IMG/VR virus record: IMGVR_UViG_3300021197_001167
Location: 1 to 62,136 of that record
Origin: a virus
Lineage: Duplodnaviria > Caudoviricetes
Reading direction: 5' to 3' (one strand)
Length of the DNA: 62,136 bases
This document shows, piece after piece, positions 26,801 to 36,624 of this stretch (positions within the stretch are counted from its first letter, which is position 1; every line of letters starts with the position of its first letter). Made by a program: the position numbers and the translations under genes. A model generated the notes under the pieces. It was not told the origin of the DNA, ran no database searches, and saw nothing but the letters and a program-made list of their open reading frames with translations.

Positions 26801-29800
26801 GTTCCCTTTCCAGTCCATGAGTAATAATAAATTAAATCCTCTTGTCCTCTGTTGCTTCCTTTTTGACAAATAATCGCACCTGTTCCCGCAGTCGGGAATT
26901 GTGTATTATCATCTACATAAAGAACAGTGTCTCCAAGCGCAATGTCTTGTGTCATAATTGTGTTGTCATTAAGCATAAACAAAGAGTTCGGGTGATGATG
27001 AATTGTAGTTCCGGCAGTTGTCTTGTAAGAGGATATTGCCGATTTGTAATATGCGTCTGTTAAGAACGGGAATCCCTTTGTAGCAAGCACATAGTCTCCG
27101 AAATCAACAAGCCCACCGCTTGCATATCCAGTTCTGCCACCTGTTGCGGCAGTGTTGAGATTGTAAAATCGAGATGCGTCGATAACAAGGAATGAACCAC
27201 CTTTATTTTCCCAATTATGGTATCTATCGTCAAGAGATTCATAATTGCTACCGCCGTGTAAAGAAGACCATGAAGTGCCATAGTAAGGTTCTGTTGTTGC
27301 ATCGAACTGCCAAATATCAACATCTTCACCAATTTTTAATTCTGTGAATACATCGGGGAATCCGGATTCATCGAATTGGTCTGCAAGAGCGACATTTACT
27401 TTGTAATTTTTAGTAGTTGGTAAAATTATCCCAAAGTCTTTAGTGCGCAATCCGCCATCTGCATTTGCTGTTCCGTCGTTGCGCATATCAGCCCAAAGAA
27501 CATACAAGTGTTTGTAGCCATTGCTTTCATCGACTTTGCGCAGACTAATAATTGTTTTTGTAATGTCAAATTGTTTTTTAATTCCCTTTACTCCGGTTAT
27601 TTCAATGTTTCCTTTGCGCAAAGTTCCTGTTTGAGTTGCCGGTGCAACTTGAACTGTTGGAGAACCAACAAATGCTATTCTATCTCTTTTGGCTTTGATT
27701 GCATCGGGGTCATTAAAATGATGTGCTGCACCAAGCGACCATTGAGAACCGCCTTGAGCAACAGACTTAGCATAAGAAAACTCGTTAATCATTGGTTCAA
27801 ACTCGATTCTTTCTGCGTAGTATTCTGTGCTACTTGCAAGTTGCGACGATACTTGAAAAACACCGTTTAAATCGTAGTGGTCGAAACCTTCATGGATAAC
27901 AATATCGCCCCTTGAAACTGATGCGCTTGCGCTTGTAAATCGACCAGTTCCGCTATCCCAAGTAAGATTATTTGAAATAGAAGGCGTGACGACTCCGTTT
28001 GCTATGCAGTATTGAGAGTCTCCTGTATCTGTGTCAAGAAGTTCAAGAATAAATCCTTCATCTTCCATGTTGTAATGTTTAATGAACCACCAAAGACCGG
28101 CTTCATCAAAATGAATTGAAGTAGTGTCTTTATCAAGGAATCCCGAAGTATGTTGTGTTGCTCGAATACCATTCCAAGTAAGCGGAGTTCCGTTGCTGTT
28201 ATAACCAGTTGAACCATTTGCGGCAATATAATTTGGCGAAAGAATTGAATGAGTGGCAGAGCCTATTCCTGTTCTCCAATAAGGAACGGGGTCAATAATC
28301 CCAAACTGCGCTTTGAAGAAAGGGGATAGTGGCAAGTCACGCATCCAACGAGCGTGAACACGACTATGCTTAACAGTGTTAAACTTCAAAAAGTCGCCTG
28401 TTGAACCGTATGAGCCATAATCAAATAAACCCGTTCCGTTTGATTGCCTTTTAGCAAGAAGCGGTAAATCTTTAGGAACTCTATGCGCAATAGGAGATGC
28501 GTGCGCACTAAGTTTGCGCAAATCTACTGCTTGCCCTCTTTCATTAAAGTTTGAAGCAAGAAGACTTGCTGAACCTTGCTCTATTCGAGGAATAATACAA
28601 CGAACTTTAGTTGCAGTTATTGATGCTAAAACCTTAAACTGTGTTTGCGTGTAATAATTCCCTGCATCAGTGTTTGAAATCATTCCATCTTGAAGAACAA
28701 ATACATCTCCAAAGGATAAGTTATGATTAGTAGCAGTAGTCACATCAACCAAATGCTCTTGGGGAATAGAAGTATCAATGGCAGGGCTTGTATAACCTTG
28801 TGTTGTTTGTTGAGTAGCATAATTTGAACCACCAGTAGCAGAATAATTAAGCACATCTATTCTTGTTGTCTCGAAAAGAATATCACTTGTTCCTGTTGGC
28901 ATATCTGTTGTCGTGACAATTTTTACCCACATGTCACCTGCGCCAGTTGAAGTAGTGCTTGTTAATGCACCGTTTATACGGTTGCGTATGACTTCCATGC
29001 TTGTGATTGTATAACCGCCCGAAAGATTGTCATACCCATTAGTGCCTTTTACATGAATAGTTCCACCATTGGTTAAACCTTTATAGGAGGTAATTGTTTT
29101 TCTTGTAAAATTAGCACTCCCAAAGGTTATTGTTGGGCTTGCGTCATACTTGACATAAAATGCTAATTTATCATTTCCTTGATTGCTTGAATAACCCACT
29201 ATTTCACACAAAGACCATGTATTATCTGCGCCTCCGGCATTTGTGTCACCCACACCCCCGCCTTCCCATTGATTTTCTAAATTATTCGGGCCTGCTTCGT
29301 CTTCGTTAATATACATTTGAATCGTTTGACTCGAATACAAATGAGTTCTTGGGTTATCATGTTTTTGAAATGTCAAACCGGATTGCGAAGTATCATACTT
29401 GTTAAAACCTAATGTATTTTCTCCTATTGTAAGCGCAGAAGAACCAAACATCATAGAATCTGCTAAGGTTTGTGTGTCATAGGCTCTTTTTGTATTTACA
29501 GCATCCATTGAAATATGTTCATTCAATGAAAAGAAAGCATTAGTTCCTGTTTCCCAAATAGGCAAAACACGGTCAAGCACACTTGCAGAATCTCTTGCAG
29601 TAAGAGTTGTTTCAAGTGTTTGTTGTTGGCTGTTTTGCATGTGCGCAATTTCTTCAAGATAACCCGACCAAATAGGGCGTGACTCATCATCTCTAAAAGA
29701 AAGTAGTCGCCATTCTGTTGCAGAAGAACCAGTAGTAAGTGCCGATAAAGAATAATCATTTAAGTCGTCAAGCAATGTAATAGACATACTCGATACATTG

Positions 29801-31155
29801 TCTGCACCGCTTGTATAATCCATTGCTGAAATAAGCGGAGGATATTCTGCTGTGCCTGCACGCCAGTTAAGAGGCAAGCATAATGCTGCCCTATCAATTA
29901 GTGTGTCAAGAACTACTCCTTGAGAACCTGCACCCGACCATTTAGCATCAAGCGACCATCCCTTAGCAGTAAGCATTGTCACATTTGTATCAATAGAACC
30001 TGTTGCAAATGCGCTTGTATTATCGTTTGAATATGCTTGCCATGTATTGTTTGTAAAATTAAAGAAAACATACACATCAGCCCAAATTGAATCGGGATTG
30101 TATGCAGTAGCATTAGCCTGTCCTTCTTGCCATTGATTTAACGCCCCTGTGATGCCTAAATTGGCAAGAGATATGTCAATAGTAGCCAACGATGCAGTGT
30201 CGCTAAAATCGTCGCTTGTAGTGGTGTAAGAAGCAGTATTTTTGTAGCCGACTTTTAGAATGTAATTGTCAAAAGTCCAATCACCTATTTTGTGTGCTGC
30301 AATGCGCAAATGAAACATTTCACCAATTCCACGCATACGCAGTGCGCCATCATAGGTTATGATTCTCGATGTTTTACTTGTATTTACATCGTTGTAAATG
30401 CTATTGACAAGAAATTGTTGTTGCGCAGGGGATTTGACATTGAATAAGTATTTTGAGGGTCTTGTTTCACCAAAGGAAAGAGATGACTGCGGGGCTTCTC
30501 CGGTATAAACGCTGGTAAAAAATGTATGTTTTATTTCTTGGCCTAATTCCCCACGCAGTAATCGAGCAAATCCGCCTGTGTGAATCCCTTCTGTCAAGTA
30601 TGAGCCTGCATAATTAAGAGAGCGTGAACCTCCGAGGGTGGGGTCGATAGTTCCTGTTGGCATGTAGTAATCGCCATCGGTGTCATGCCCGTTAAAAAAG
30701 CGCAAATAACCTTCATTGCCTGCGCCATTCCATTTTTGTCTATTTGACGCAAGAGAAGTCGGAACAAGAAGTCTTGGTTGGTTTTCGGGATAACTGCCGT
30801 CGGTATTTGCTGTATCAACGGTAATCCATTCATGCAAACCTCGATTCATTTTTAATTTTGTATTTGCCGTCTGCGCATAATCCCATGAGTCATTTGAACC
30901 CGAACCTCCGTGTTGCGCAGGGTCAAGTTCGGCATACTCACCGCTTCCTAAACGCTCTACATAGGGATGAGCAAAACGAGGACTTAGGATATTTTCTCCG
31001 CCGTAAAGACTGCCATGATGCGATAATGTGTGTGAAAGCGTGCGAGAACTTGCAGTGTTTTTATCATCTGCAACGGCTCTTGCACTATGAAAGTCGTCGT
31101 AATAACCTGCAAGCCAATAAGACTGTTCAAAAGAAACTGTTTTCATATCATACAC
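23854..31155 (-). CDS. Giant tail tip/baseplate-receptor-binding protein (2433 aa)
   Basis: Directly follows the tape measure gene; beta-rich, S/T/G/N-rich; ITNVRVY segment reminiscent of tail hub proteins; Pro-rich linker near the C-terminus. Confidence 0.75.
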   Translation of the reverse strand: MYDMKTVSFEQSYWLAGYYDDFHSARAVADDKNTASSRTLSHTLSHHGSLYGGENILSPRFAHPYVERLGSGEYAELDPAQHGGSGSNDSWDYAQTANTKLKMNRGLHEWITVDTANTDGSYPENQPRLLVPTSLASNRQKWNGAGNEGYLRFFNGHDTDGDYYMPTGTIDPTLGGSRSLNYAGSYLTEGIHTGGFARLLRGELGQEIKHTFFTSVYTGEAPQSSLSFGETRPSKYLFNVKSPAQQQFLVNSIYNDVNTSKTSRIITYDGALRMRGIGEMFHLRIAAHKIGDWTFDNYILKVGYKNTASYTTTSDDFSDTASLATIDISLANLGITGALNQWQEGQANATAYNPDSIWADVYVFFNFTNNTWQAYSNDNTSAFATGSIDTNVTMLTAKGWSLDAKWSGAGSQGVVLDTLIDRAALCLPLNWRAGTAEYPPLISAMDYTSGADNVSSMSITLLDDLNDYSLSALTTGSSATEWRLLSFRDDESRPIWSGYLEEIAHMQNSQQQTLETTLTARDSASVLDRVLPIWETGTNAFFSLNEHISMDAVNTKRAYDTQTLADSMMFGSSALTIGENTLGFNKYDTSQSGLTFQKHDNPRTHLYSSQTIQMYINEDEAGPNNLENQWEGGGVGDTNAGGADNTWSLCEIVGYSSNQGNDKLAFYVKYDASPTITFGSANFTRKTITSYKGLTNGGTIHVKGTNGYDNLSGGYTITSMEVIRNRINGALTSTTSTGAGDMWVKIVTTTDMPTGTSDILFETTRIDVLNYSATGGSNYATQQTTQGYTSPAIDTSIPQEHLVDVTTATNHNLSFGDVFVLQDGMISNTDAGNYYTQTQFKVLASITATKVRCIIPRIEQGSASLLASNFNERGQAVDLRKLSAHASPIAHRVPKDLPLLAKRQSNGTGLFDYGSYGSTGDFLKFNTVKHSRVHARWMRDLPLSPFFKAQFGIIDPVPYWRTGIGSATHSILSPNYIAANGSTGYNSNGTPLTWNGIRATQHTSGFLDKDTTSIHFDEAGLWWFIKHYNMEDEGFILELLDTDTGDSQYCIANGVVTPSISNNLTWDSGTGRFTSASASVSRGDIVIHEGFDHYDLNGVFQVSSQLASSTEYYAERIEFEPMINEFSYAKSVAQGGSQWSLGAAHHFNDPDAIKAKRDRIAFVGSPTVQVAPATQTGTLRKGNIEITGVKGIKKQFDITKTIISLRKVDESNGYKHLYVLWADMRNDGTANADGGLRTKDFGIILPTTKNYKVNVALADQFDESGFPDVFTELKIGEDVDIWQFDATTEPYYGTSWSSLHGGSNYESLDDRYHNWENKGGSFLVIDASRFYNLNTAATGGRTGYASGGLVDFGDYVLATKGFPFLTDAYYKSAISSYKTTAGTTIHHHPNSLFMLNDNTIMTQDIALGDTVLYVDDNTQFPTAGTGAIICQKGSNRGQEDLIYYYSWTGKGTDATLGDKLTGVFITSLPNAEDPNTVKTLVASERANYSSPASRATITLKTTANSAGIFEKVLVFNTPSALFPLRLSVNIEGVVKSQNRGTYYADDKLRSMYSITTADTWARNTTLPCIYEMPKTRYMPDAVGSAQKDSFGSMFDGKGMTIMNIATNIVDKDGNGVVGKQTTFNWLMDRDNILTIRQQIPSNIAFTRANLKQSSMQTRMGAQITNVRVYFNGNSNYAEYPTPVEGATTRWRVLQQPKVFSEAEAMALAKQEFLRESNAQVQINAEVLLQAGEKSKMLSGGRYGYVQDVMRRGFLYNKKANASWTNLWGGMPFNGVQDFAHSSQTLFSHQLGSVSLTDSETRNDSITVVQAIVENQSVLETKGIHVHSATGSNTQVGSLIFTISGPSGTAQWDASGAGYGSSVILQNGWNTIVGNASQRLSIYCDSGFTPHSGIHPVHYQFGNSKSNGIPHYGTNSLTPCLKVVNVDKNTPKFSETTNNELRLAISLHGASGNGRSTNPVSDANTYKLWLLDYTFNETTSGSAGSEIPPEYSVNTLAGSASVEITGNGMFEVQLPSSYSSTAKKVIFSVNYDYLQSIARRFEHTGNIYNAHDITGLTTYNSHGFTTSNAFPLGHKIDAGMGKQAELRTAYYAPRLAIVDDINYVPASTVSLTDTHMDLTNETLNIAGITWNKKDKQVDKVALDLQRTEKHFKYTLAGVFKQLAEDGGGLPNRPPRPEIPPPTIPPVLPLPPMGGGGLIPAQAFNSMGGEGGDPSSKFAGMSANLLGTSIFRGLKGKASFATDVGLSDGSFSVIGQNRPSTALSSNRDIDGIESTMMSSEGVSIPASDGFVLGGVINPETGAQGETHSHSINVRVPNDVSEGGFVEVIAQLSFEGDTSLNGELTTTVTCAETAATAAQTVIVIGSLTRQSHTLFSTSALNGAEVAGNTLSVKIERSPAQGNDNAGFSSVTIHSLSVKMRRYSNLGVAQSNSMRPY

Positions 31156-34100
31156 CTATACCCGAAGTTCTTAACTCTGCTCGCACTCCATCTGCTACTT
31201 GACTCACCATTTCGGGTAATGTCATGCCATTAAAGACATTGGTTTGAATAATTTCTGTTTTATGCAAAAGGTTCTCGATGCCACCTTGCGATACTTGCTT
31301 GTATAGTGCGCCAGTAAAGTTTTGCCGTTGGCCGAAAAATAGTTCTTCTCTTGCATTTGCAAAACCAAACATTTCACCCATTGCTGTTTCGTTTGCCGCA
31401 ATTAACTGGTCTTCTGCGGCTTTGTTTGCATCTTCTTGTTGCGCAAACATTAAGTCGAGATAATTTTTCTGCGCAATTAGTGCTTCTCTATCATATATCT
31501 CGTTTAACTCTGCCATTCTATCGAGAGCATCTTGTTCGTCGTCAAACTGTTCGTGATAAATACGACCTGTCAAATCAGCGTGTGTCACATTAAACATTTC
31601 TTTATCATATTCCATGCCAACTTTACCGCCTCCGGGCAACATGTGCTTAAAGTCTAAACCTATAAATTGCGTTTGGTCGTAAGTATTCATTTCTGCGCCG
31701 TGAAACAAGTCGTCGTCAAGAGTTCTGTTAATGTTCGCAAGTCGTCTTTTGCTGTCAAGAACTCCTAATATATCCTTTTCTGCATTATCTGCGGCTTTTA
31801 ACGCTTTGTTCATATCACCGTAAAGGATGCTGTCTTCATCAAGTGCTGACATACCTTGCCTGTATTCTTCGGCTTTTGCTCTTATTGTTGCTAATGACGC
31901 ACCGAGAAGTTTTTCGTCATGCTTAATATCTTGCATTGAGGAATCAACAATTCCGGGCAAGATTGCTTCATCGCTACTCATAATGTCTGCAAGACGGGAT
32001 TCCATAGTGTTAAGTCCTTCGTTAAAATCGTTGAGATTGTCAAGTGGGCCGGACATGAAACCAGTCTTGCTCATAAACGCATCAACGAGTAAGAAACCTG
32101 CGGCCATTGCCGCCGCCGCACCAAGCAATGATAAACCGCTTGTCATCATACCAGTGAGAACTACATTTTTTCCTTTTTCTGCGTTTTCTAATTTTAGCGC
32201 AGCAATTTTTCTAAATAGTGCGGGAACAACCATTGCAGTAATTATTGCGCTCATTTGCTTTTCGGAATCTACAATAAATGGCAAAAGCATGGCAATAGGC
32301 ATCATAGCACCATTAACTCCTTTGATTGCGCCTGCAAGGGATTTATTCGACCACACAGCCTGCATATCGGCTTTTACACCTTGCATTGTGGACATAGCAT
32401 CTCTTTTTTCTGCCATTGCTTTTTCTTTAAGAGATAGTTCCGCTTGTTCAGTTGCAATAATAGATTGTTCAACTAAAAGGTTGTGTTCCATCATTGAAGC
32501 GTTGCTTGTTTCTAATGCCGCAACTTCGGTTAATAATGCCTGTGGTATTGCTTCACCGGACAACTTCATTCTTATCATGTCGCTACGGATAAGACCTATT
32601 TTGATTCTGTTTTCGTTGATTAAAGAGTTGTTTAACATCAACTTTTGAGTATGTAGTGTTTTTTCTGCCGCAGTAAGAGGAACAATCATAGCAAACTCGC
32701 TTTGCATTAGTGCGTGTTCTTCTTTTCTTTGCGCAATTTGTTGCACCATAGCATCGTTTCTTTGCCGAAGACCTGCAACTCCTTCCGACTGAAAAGCGTT
32801 AAATGTTTTTAACCCTGTTGCAGAAGTTGCATTTATTCTTGTATAGATTCCTAAATTAGCACCAACAGTATTTATTGTATTGTTAATTCCGTGAAACTTT
32901 GCGTCATTTGCAGTAATAGCCAACCCCAATGATGTTATCGAACCTTCTGTGTATGCGTGACCTCTTCCTAAATCATCATTTACTGTGCGATATATTAACA
33001 AAGGAGTTATACCTTGATTATATGATGCAGTCAAAGCCTGTAATGCAGAATGTTGTTGATAAGAAGTAGCAATGTTTTCTTTGCGTGCTATGCGCAAACC
33101 CCCAAGTTGTGTGCGCATATTTTGAATTGACGCACTAAATCCACTGTTTGAAGTTGCCATTTGTTGAGATAGCACTTTATGGTTTGCAGAGTAAGCATTT
33201 TGAGTAGAATTAACAAATGCAATTGTATTTGCTTGAGCCATGTATGCGTTCTTTTGATTGTGCGCCTCCATACTCATCATTTTTTGAACTGCGCCAAGAG
33301 TCTTAAACGCAATAATCATGTTAAATACTTGAAAACCAACATCTGCAAATGGTCGAGCAAGGTTTGTGTAAAGTCCGGATAACTGTATTACATTTTCCAT
33401 AACTTTAAGTCCAAAATCGTGTTCCGATATTTTTACAACCATTTCATAAAAATCATGTTGATATGATGTTGCTTTGAAATACGCATCAGTAAGGTTTTCT
33501 CCTAATTCGACTTGAAGATTAGTAATTGCTGCCTGCAATTGTTCCATCTCGAATACTGCGCTTTCTGCTCTGTTTGAAAACTCACCTATTGCGTCATGCG
33601 TTCCTAAATATGCTTCCTGTTGCAACTCAAGAAGTCGAGGTTGATTTTCCATTAACTTTAGGAACTTGACATAGTGACGAGAACCTGCAATTGACACAGC
33701 AAGGTTTCGCTTTTGTTCTGCGCTCATACTTGCGTATGCAGGGCCAATTTCTTTAATAATGTCCGACAGTTTCATTTGCGTGACTGTTGATGCTTCAACG
33801 CCACCCATTAACTTTTGAAGTTCTTTTACTGCTTGGGTATTTTCATTACCTATGCGTTGATAAATCATACGCAGACCAGTTCCCGCACGACTGACTTCTT
33901 CACCAGTCTCAAGCAAAAGAGCAGACATAGCCGCCATTTCACCAATAGATTCACCGGCAATGTTTGCCTGTGAAGCGAATTGGTTAAGAACAAATGTAAT
34001 GTCCTCCATTGTAGCAACGGAGGTGTTTTCAACTGTGTTCAACTGGTCTAAAACACGCAGAGTATTTCCACGCACTAAATTAGCCTGTTGTTCTGCGCCT

Positions 34101-34624
34101 AATTGGTCGTATTGCGCCTTTGTCAAATTACCCATCATAAAGCCAGTCTGTTGCGCAAGAGCAATCAAACGGTTCATTCCCATTTCGGTTTCCATTTCAC
34201 CGACTGCGGCCATCAAAAGACCTGCTCTTGTAGCCTCAATAATTGCTTCTTGAGACTTCAATACATTCTTTAATTGAGAAGTTCTTGTGGATGCGGCAAG
34301 TGCTTGTTCACCTGTAAATCCGAATTGAAGACCGAGGTTTTTTGCTGATTCTGCGAATCTATCTGCTTCCCCTGTTATTCCTCCGTAAAACTTGCGCACA
34401 CGGATTAGTTGAGTCTCATACGCATAAAATGCGTCTGTAATTTCTGTGACTGATTCAAGAACGGCAGAAGCCATTTCATCGAATCCGTCTGCGATGTTTG
34501 CGGCGGCATCTGCAAGAATTGCTTGTTGAACTGTTGCGGCGGTTTTAGTGTCTTTGATAAGTTTGTTGGCTTGAAAAGTTCCGACAATATCGAAAAAGAC
34601 TCTCGCCGCACCTGCTCTTGCCAT
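31148..34624 (-). CDS. Tail tape measure protein
   Basis: 1158 aa, helical and A/Q/L-rich; GEEVSRAGTGLRMI TP901-like motif; hydrophobic segments; follows the chaperone genes. Confidence 0.9.
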   Translation of the reverse strand: MARAGAARVFFDIVGTFQANKLIKDTKTAATVQQAILADAAANIADGFDEMASAVLESVTEITDAFYAYETQLIRVRKFYGGITGEADRFAESAKNLGLQFGFTGEQALAASTRTSQLKNVLKSQEAIIEATRAGLLMAAVGEMETEMGMNRLIALAQQTGFMMGNLTKAQYDQLGAEQQANLVRGNTLRVLDQLNTVENTSVATMEDITFVLNQFASQANIAGESIGEMAAMSALLLETGEEVSRAGTGLRMIYQRIGNENTQAVKELQKLMGGVEASTVTQMKLSDIIKEIGPAYASMSAEQKRNLAVSIAGSRHYVKFLKLMENQPRLLELQQEAYLGTHDAIGEFSNRAESAVFEMEQLQAAITNLQVELGENLTDAYFKATSYQHDFYEMVVKISEHDFGLKVMENVIQLSGLYTNLARPFADVGFQVFNMIIAFKTLGAVQKMMSMEAHNQKNAYMAQANTIAFVNSTQNAYSANHKVLSQQMATSNSGFSASIQNMRTQLGGLRIARKENIATSYQQHSALQALTASYNQGITPLLIYRTVNDDLGRGHAYTEGSITSLGLAITANDAKFHGINNTINTVGANLGIYTRINATSATGLKTFNAFQSEGVAGLRQRNDAMVQQIAQRKEEHALMQSEFAMIVPLTAAEKTLHTQKLMLNNSLINENRIKIGLIRSDMIRMKLSGEAIPQALLTEVAALETSNASMMEHNLLVEQSIIATEQAELSLKEKAMAEKRDAMSTMQGVKADMQAVWSNKSLAGAIKGVNGAMMPIAMLLPFIVDSEKQMSAIITAMVVPALFRKIAALKLENAEKGKNVVLTGMMTSGLSLLGAAAAMAAGFLLVDAFMSKTGFMSGPLDNLNDFNEGLNTMESRLADIMSSDEAILPGIVDSSMQDIKHDEKLLGASLATIRAKAEEYRQGMSALDEDSILYGDMNKALKAADNAEKDILGVLDSKRRLANINRTLDDDLFHGAEMNTYDQTQFIGLDFKHMLPGGGKVGMEYDKEMFNVTHADLTGRIYHEQFDDEQDALDRMAELNEIYDREALIAQKNYLDLMFAQQEDANKAAEDQLIAANETAMGEMFGFANAREELFFGQRQNFTGALYKQVSQGGIENLLHKTEIIQTNVFNGMTLPEMVSQVADGVRAELRTSGIGV

Positions 34625-34626
34625 TC

Positions 34627-34851
34627 TTAATCACCGTCGCCTTTTAACCAGTTGCCTATTACTCCGCCCATTTGCTTATTGCTTATTGTCTCTCTTTGAT
34701 GGCGTTTTTGATTACGGCGAGCAACTGCTTTATTGGCGTTGCCTTTACCGTTGGCGGCATCGTTTTGTTCGGTAATTCTTTCACTTATCTCCCTTGCGAT
34801 TTCCATATCAAATTGCATCTTTTCGTAGCCCATTTCATCATTGTATTTCAT
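34627..34851 (-). CDS. Tail assembly chaperone, frameshift extension (gpT-like)
   Basis: Its frame is open back to the slippery site at 34926-34920, in the -1 frame of the upstream ORF. Confidence 0.75.
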   Translation of the reverse strand: MKYNDEMGYEKMQFDMEIAREISERITEQNDAANGKGNANKAVARRNQKRHQRETISNKQMGGVIGNWLKGDGD

Positions 34852-34913
34852 GTATAGTTCATGCGGTGATATTCCTTTGAATGTGCTACATAGGGAGGGT
34901 GCAATTTTATGGA

Positions 34914-35264
34914 TTAGTCCAAAGGGACTCCACCCTCCAAAGTGTCTCCACGCACAAATGCAAGCAACATGCGCACTTCTTCGGAGGTTAGGGTGTTATA
35001 GTCAAAATCTACTGGTTCAATAATACAGTTCGGAATCCATGCTTCGATTTGGTCGAGCATACCTCCGCCTGCTTCATCGAGCATATCTGCAAACTCTTCG
35101 TTTTGTTCGGGAGTCCATTCTGTCGGGTCTTTACCGAAGTGGCGAGTCTTTCTAAAAATCTTCGCTTGGATATTCTCAATTTTAATTTTTTCCATTCCGG
35201 AGGCTTGGCGAACCCAAACCTTCGTTCCGTCTTTCAATTCAATTTCTTTTTTCAATACTGGCAT
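34914..35264 (-). CDS. Tail assembly chaperone (gpG-like)
   Basis: Lies between tail tube and tape measure genes; ends at a C CCT TTG slippery heptamer. Confidence 0.8.
   Translation of the reverse strand: MPVLKKEIELKDGTKVWVRQASGMEKIKIENIQAKIFRKTRHFGKDPTEWTPEQNEEFADMLDEAGGGMLDQIEAWIPNCIIEPVDFDYNTLTSEEVRMLLAFVRGDTLEGGVPLD
34920..34926 (-). other. Programmed -1 ribosomal frameshift site CCCTTTG
   Basis: X XXY YYZ heptamer in the correct phase; the -1 frame reads GLIHKIAPSLCSTFKGISPHELY into MKYNDE without a stop. Confidence 0.8.
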
Positions 35265-35302
35265 ACTTTTTCACTTCTCTTCTCTACTTTACTTTACTAA
35301 AT

Positions 35303-35494
35303 CTACTGGTCTTCGTATGTTATGACTGCAAAACAGTTATTTCCGACATTTTTTCTTACTACTGAAATGTCAATAACTTTATCGCCTGCGGCCAATGCTC
35401 TAAGCGCAGTTTGTATCTGCGTGTGAATTGTATTGTTGTTTCCATAAACTGTCGTTGAGGTCAGTTTGGAGGCATCAGTGATGGTGTGGCTCAT
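35303..35494 (-). CDS. Small hypothetical virion-module protein
   Basis: 63-aa ORF with a GAGGGG RBS-like sequence, between tail tube and chaperone genes. Confidence 0.65.
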   Translation of the reverse strand: MSHTITDASKLTSTTVYGNNNTIHTQIQTALRALAAGDKVIDISVVRKNVGNNCFAVITYEDQ

Positions 35495-35506
35495 CTAAGA
35501 ACCCCC

Positions 35507-36568
35507 TCAAGCATCATAGTTTGCAACAATTGAAGTGTCCGAACCACGACAAGCAATAGCGCACATTTGGTCTGCGCCTGCTAAATCATAAAGACCATGA
35601 AAGTTCACAGTCATTGTTTGCGAATCTCGACCCGATACTGATGTTTCGGGCATTTCATAATGGACTTTGTAGAAGTCAAATCGAATAAAGTTTGTTGCCG
35701 ATACTTCAAAGAGAACTGAAATTGCGGGTGTTGAAGCAGAGGGATTAACCAATCCTTGTCCGTTGGTTGCAGTTGCGCCCATTAACTCATCAAAGAAGGG
35801 TTCTCCTTCTCCGCCGGAGGAATCAGCAGAAAGAAGAGACTTGTGAAAGGTCATAGAGCCGGAAACTTCACGGAGAGTCGTTGGGGGAACTCGCACGCAT
35901 GTTTCGTCGCTTAGACTGTATGAGTTTTCAATATCACGATTTGTTTTGATTTCAAAGTCAATGCTTTGAACAAGATTTGAAAAACCACCGCTTGAAGAAG
36001 TAGCGGCTTCATCAAAATTAACAAAGGACTTTGCAAAGTGTGCGGCATCTCCGGTATAGGTTGGCACGCCTGTTTTTAGGTCGCCAGTAGAAGAAGTTTG
36101 CTTTGCACCAGTTGTATTTACTGTAAGCATTGAGTATTCGCCAACGCTTGCAGAAATACTGATAGATTCAATAACTTGCCCTGCAAAAATGTGTTCGTGT
36201 GAATCACGGCCAACTGCAATAGTGTATGAAGGAAGTTCTGCGGCACTGCCGTTCCCTAATTCTGTAAAGGTTCGAGCATCTGTTGCACCTCCCGACGGAG
36301 TATCGTTTCCAAAAATACCGTGAAGTAGTGTAAAGGTAAAAGCGTCGGGTTGCAAAGCCATGCTAATGCTACCTTCTGCGGTTTTCTTGCTCACAATTGC
36401 CTTTGAAGCACCGTAGTAATTCATGTCGCTACGCTTCATTACATCATAGGATTGTTGAAATGACTCCGATTCCACTTCACCGACAACATAACTTGCGTGG
36501 TCGTGTGCAATGGGTGTGCCATAAGTTGCTTCTTTTGCTATACGGACATATCGAGTGTGATTCGCCAT
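35507..36568 (-). CDS. Major tail tube protein
   Basis: IAKEATYGT N-terminus; AEGSI, PSYTI and REVSGSMT segments typical of siphovirus tail tubes; synteny. Confidence 0.85.
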   Translation of the reverse strand: MANHTRYVRIAKEATYGTPIAHDHASYVVGEVESESFQQSYDVMKRSDMNYYGASKAIVSKKTAEGSISMALQPDAFTFTLLHGIFGNDTPSGGATDARTFTELGNGSAAELPSYTIAVGRDSHEHIFAGQVIESISISASVGEYSMLTVNTTGAKQTSSTGDLKTGVPTYTGDAAHFAKSFVNFDEAATSSSGGFSNLVQSIDFEIKTNRDIENSYSLSDETCVRVPPTTLREVSGSMTFHKSLLSADSSGGEGEPFFDELMGATATNGQGLVNPSASTPAISVLFEVSATNFIRFDFYKVHYEMPETSVSGRDSQTMTVNFHGLYDLAGADQMCAIACRGSDTSIVANYDA

Positions 36569-36624
36569 ATTCTTAATGAAGCAAGGGTTGGCTTATCAAT
36601 GTTTCCACTGTAATGTTTATAACC

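Noticed and set aside
31827-32648. 273-aa + strand ORF
   Set aside because: Antisense to the tape measure gene; composition is typical of shadow ORFs.
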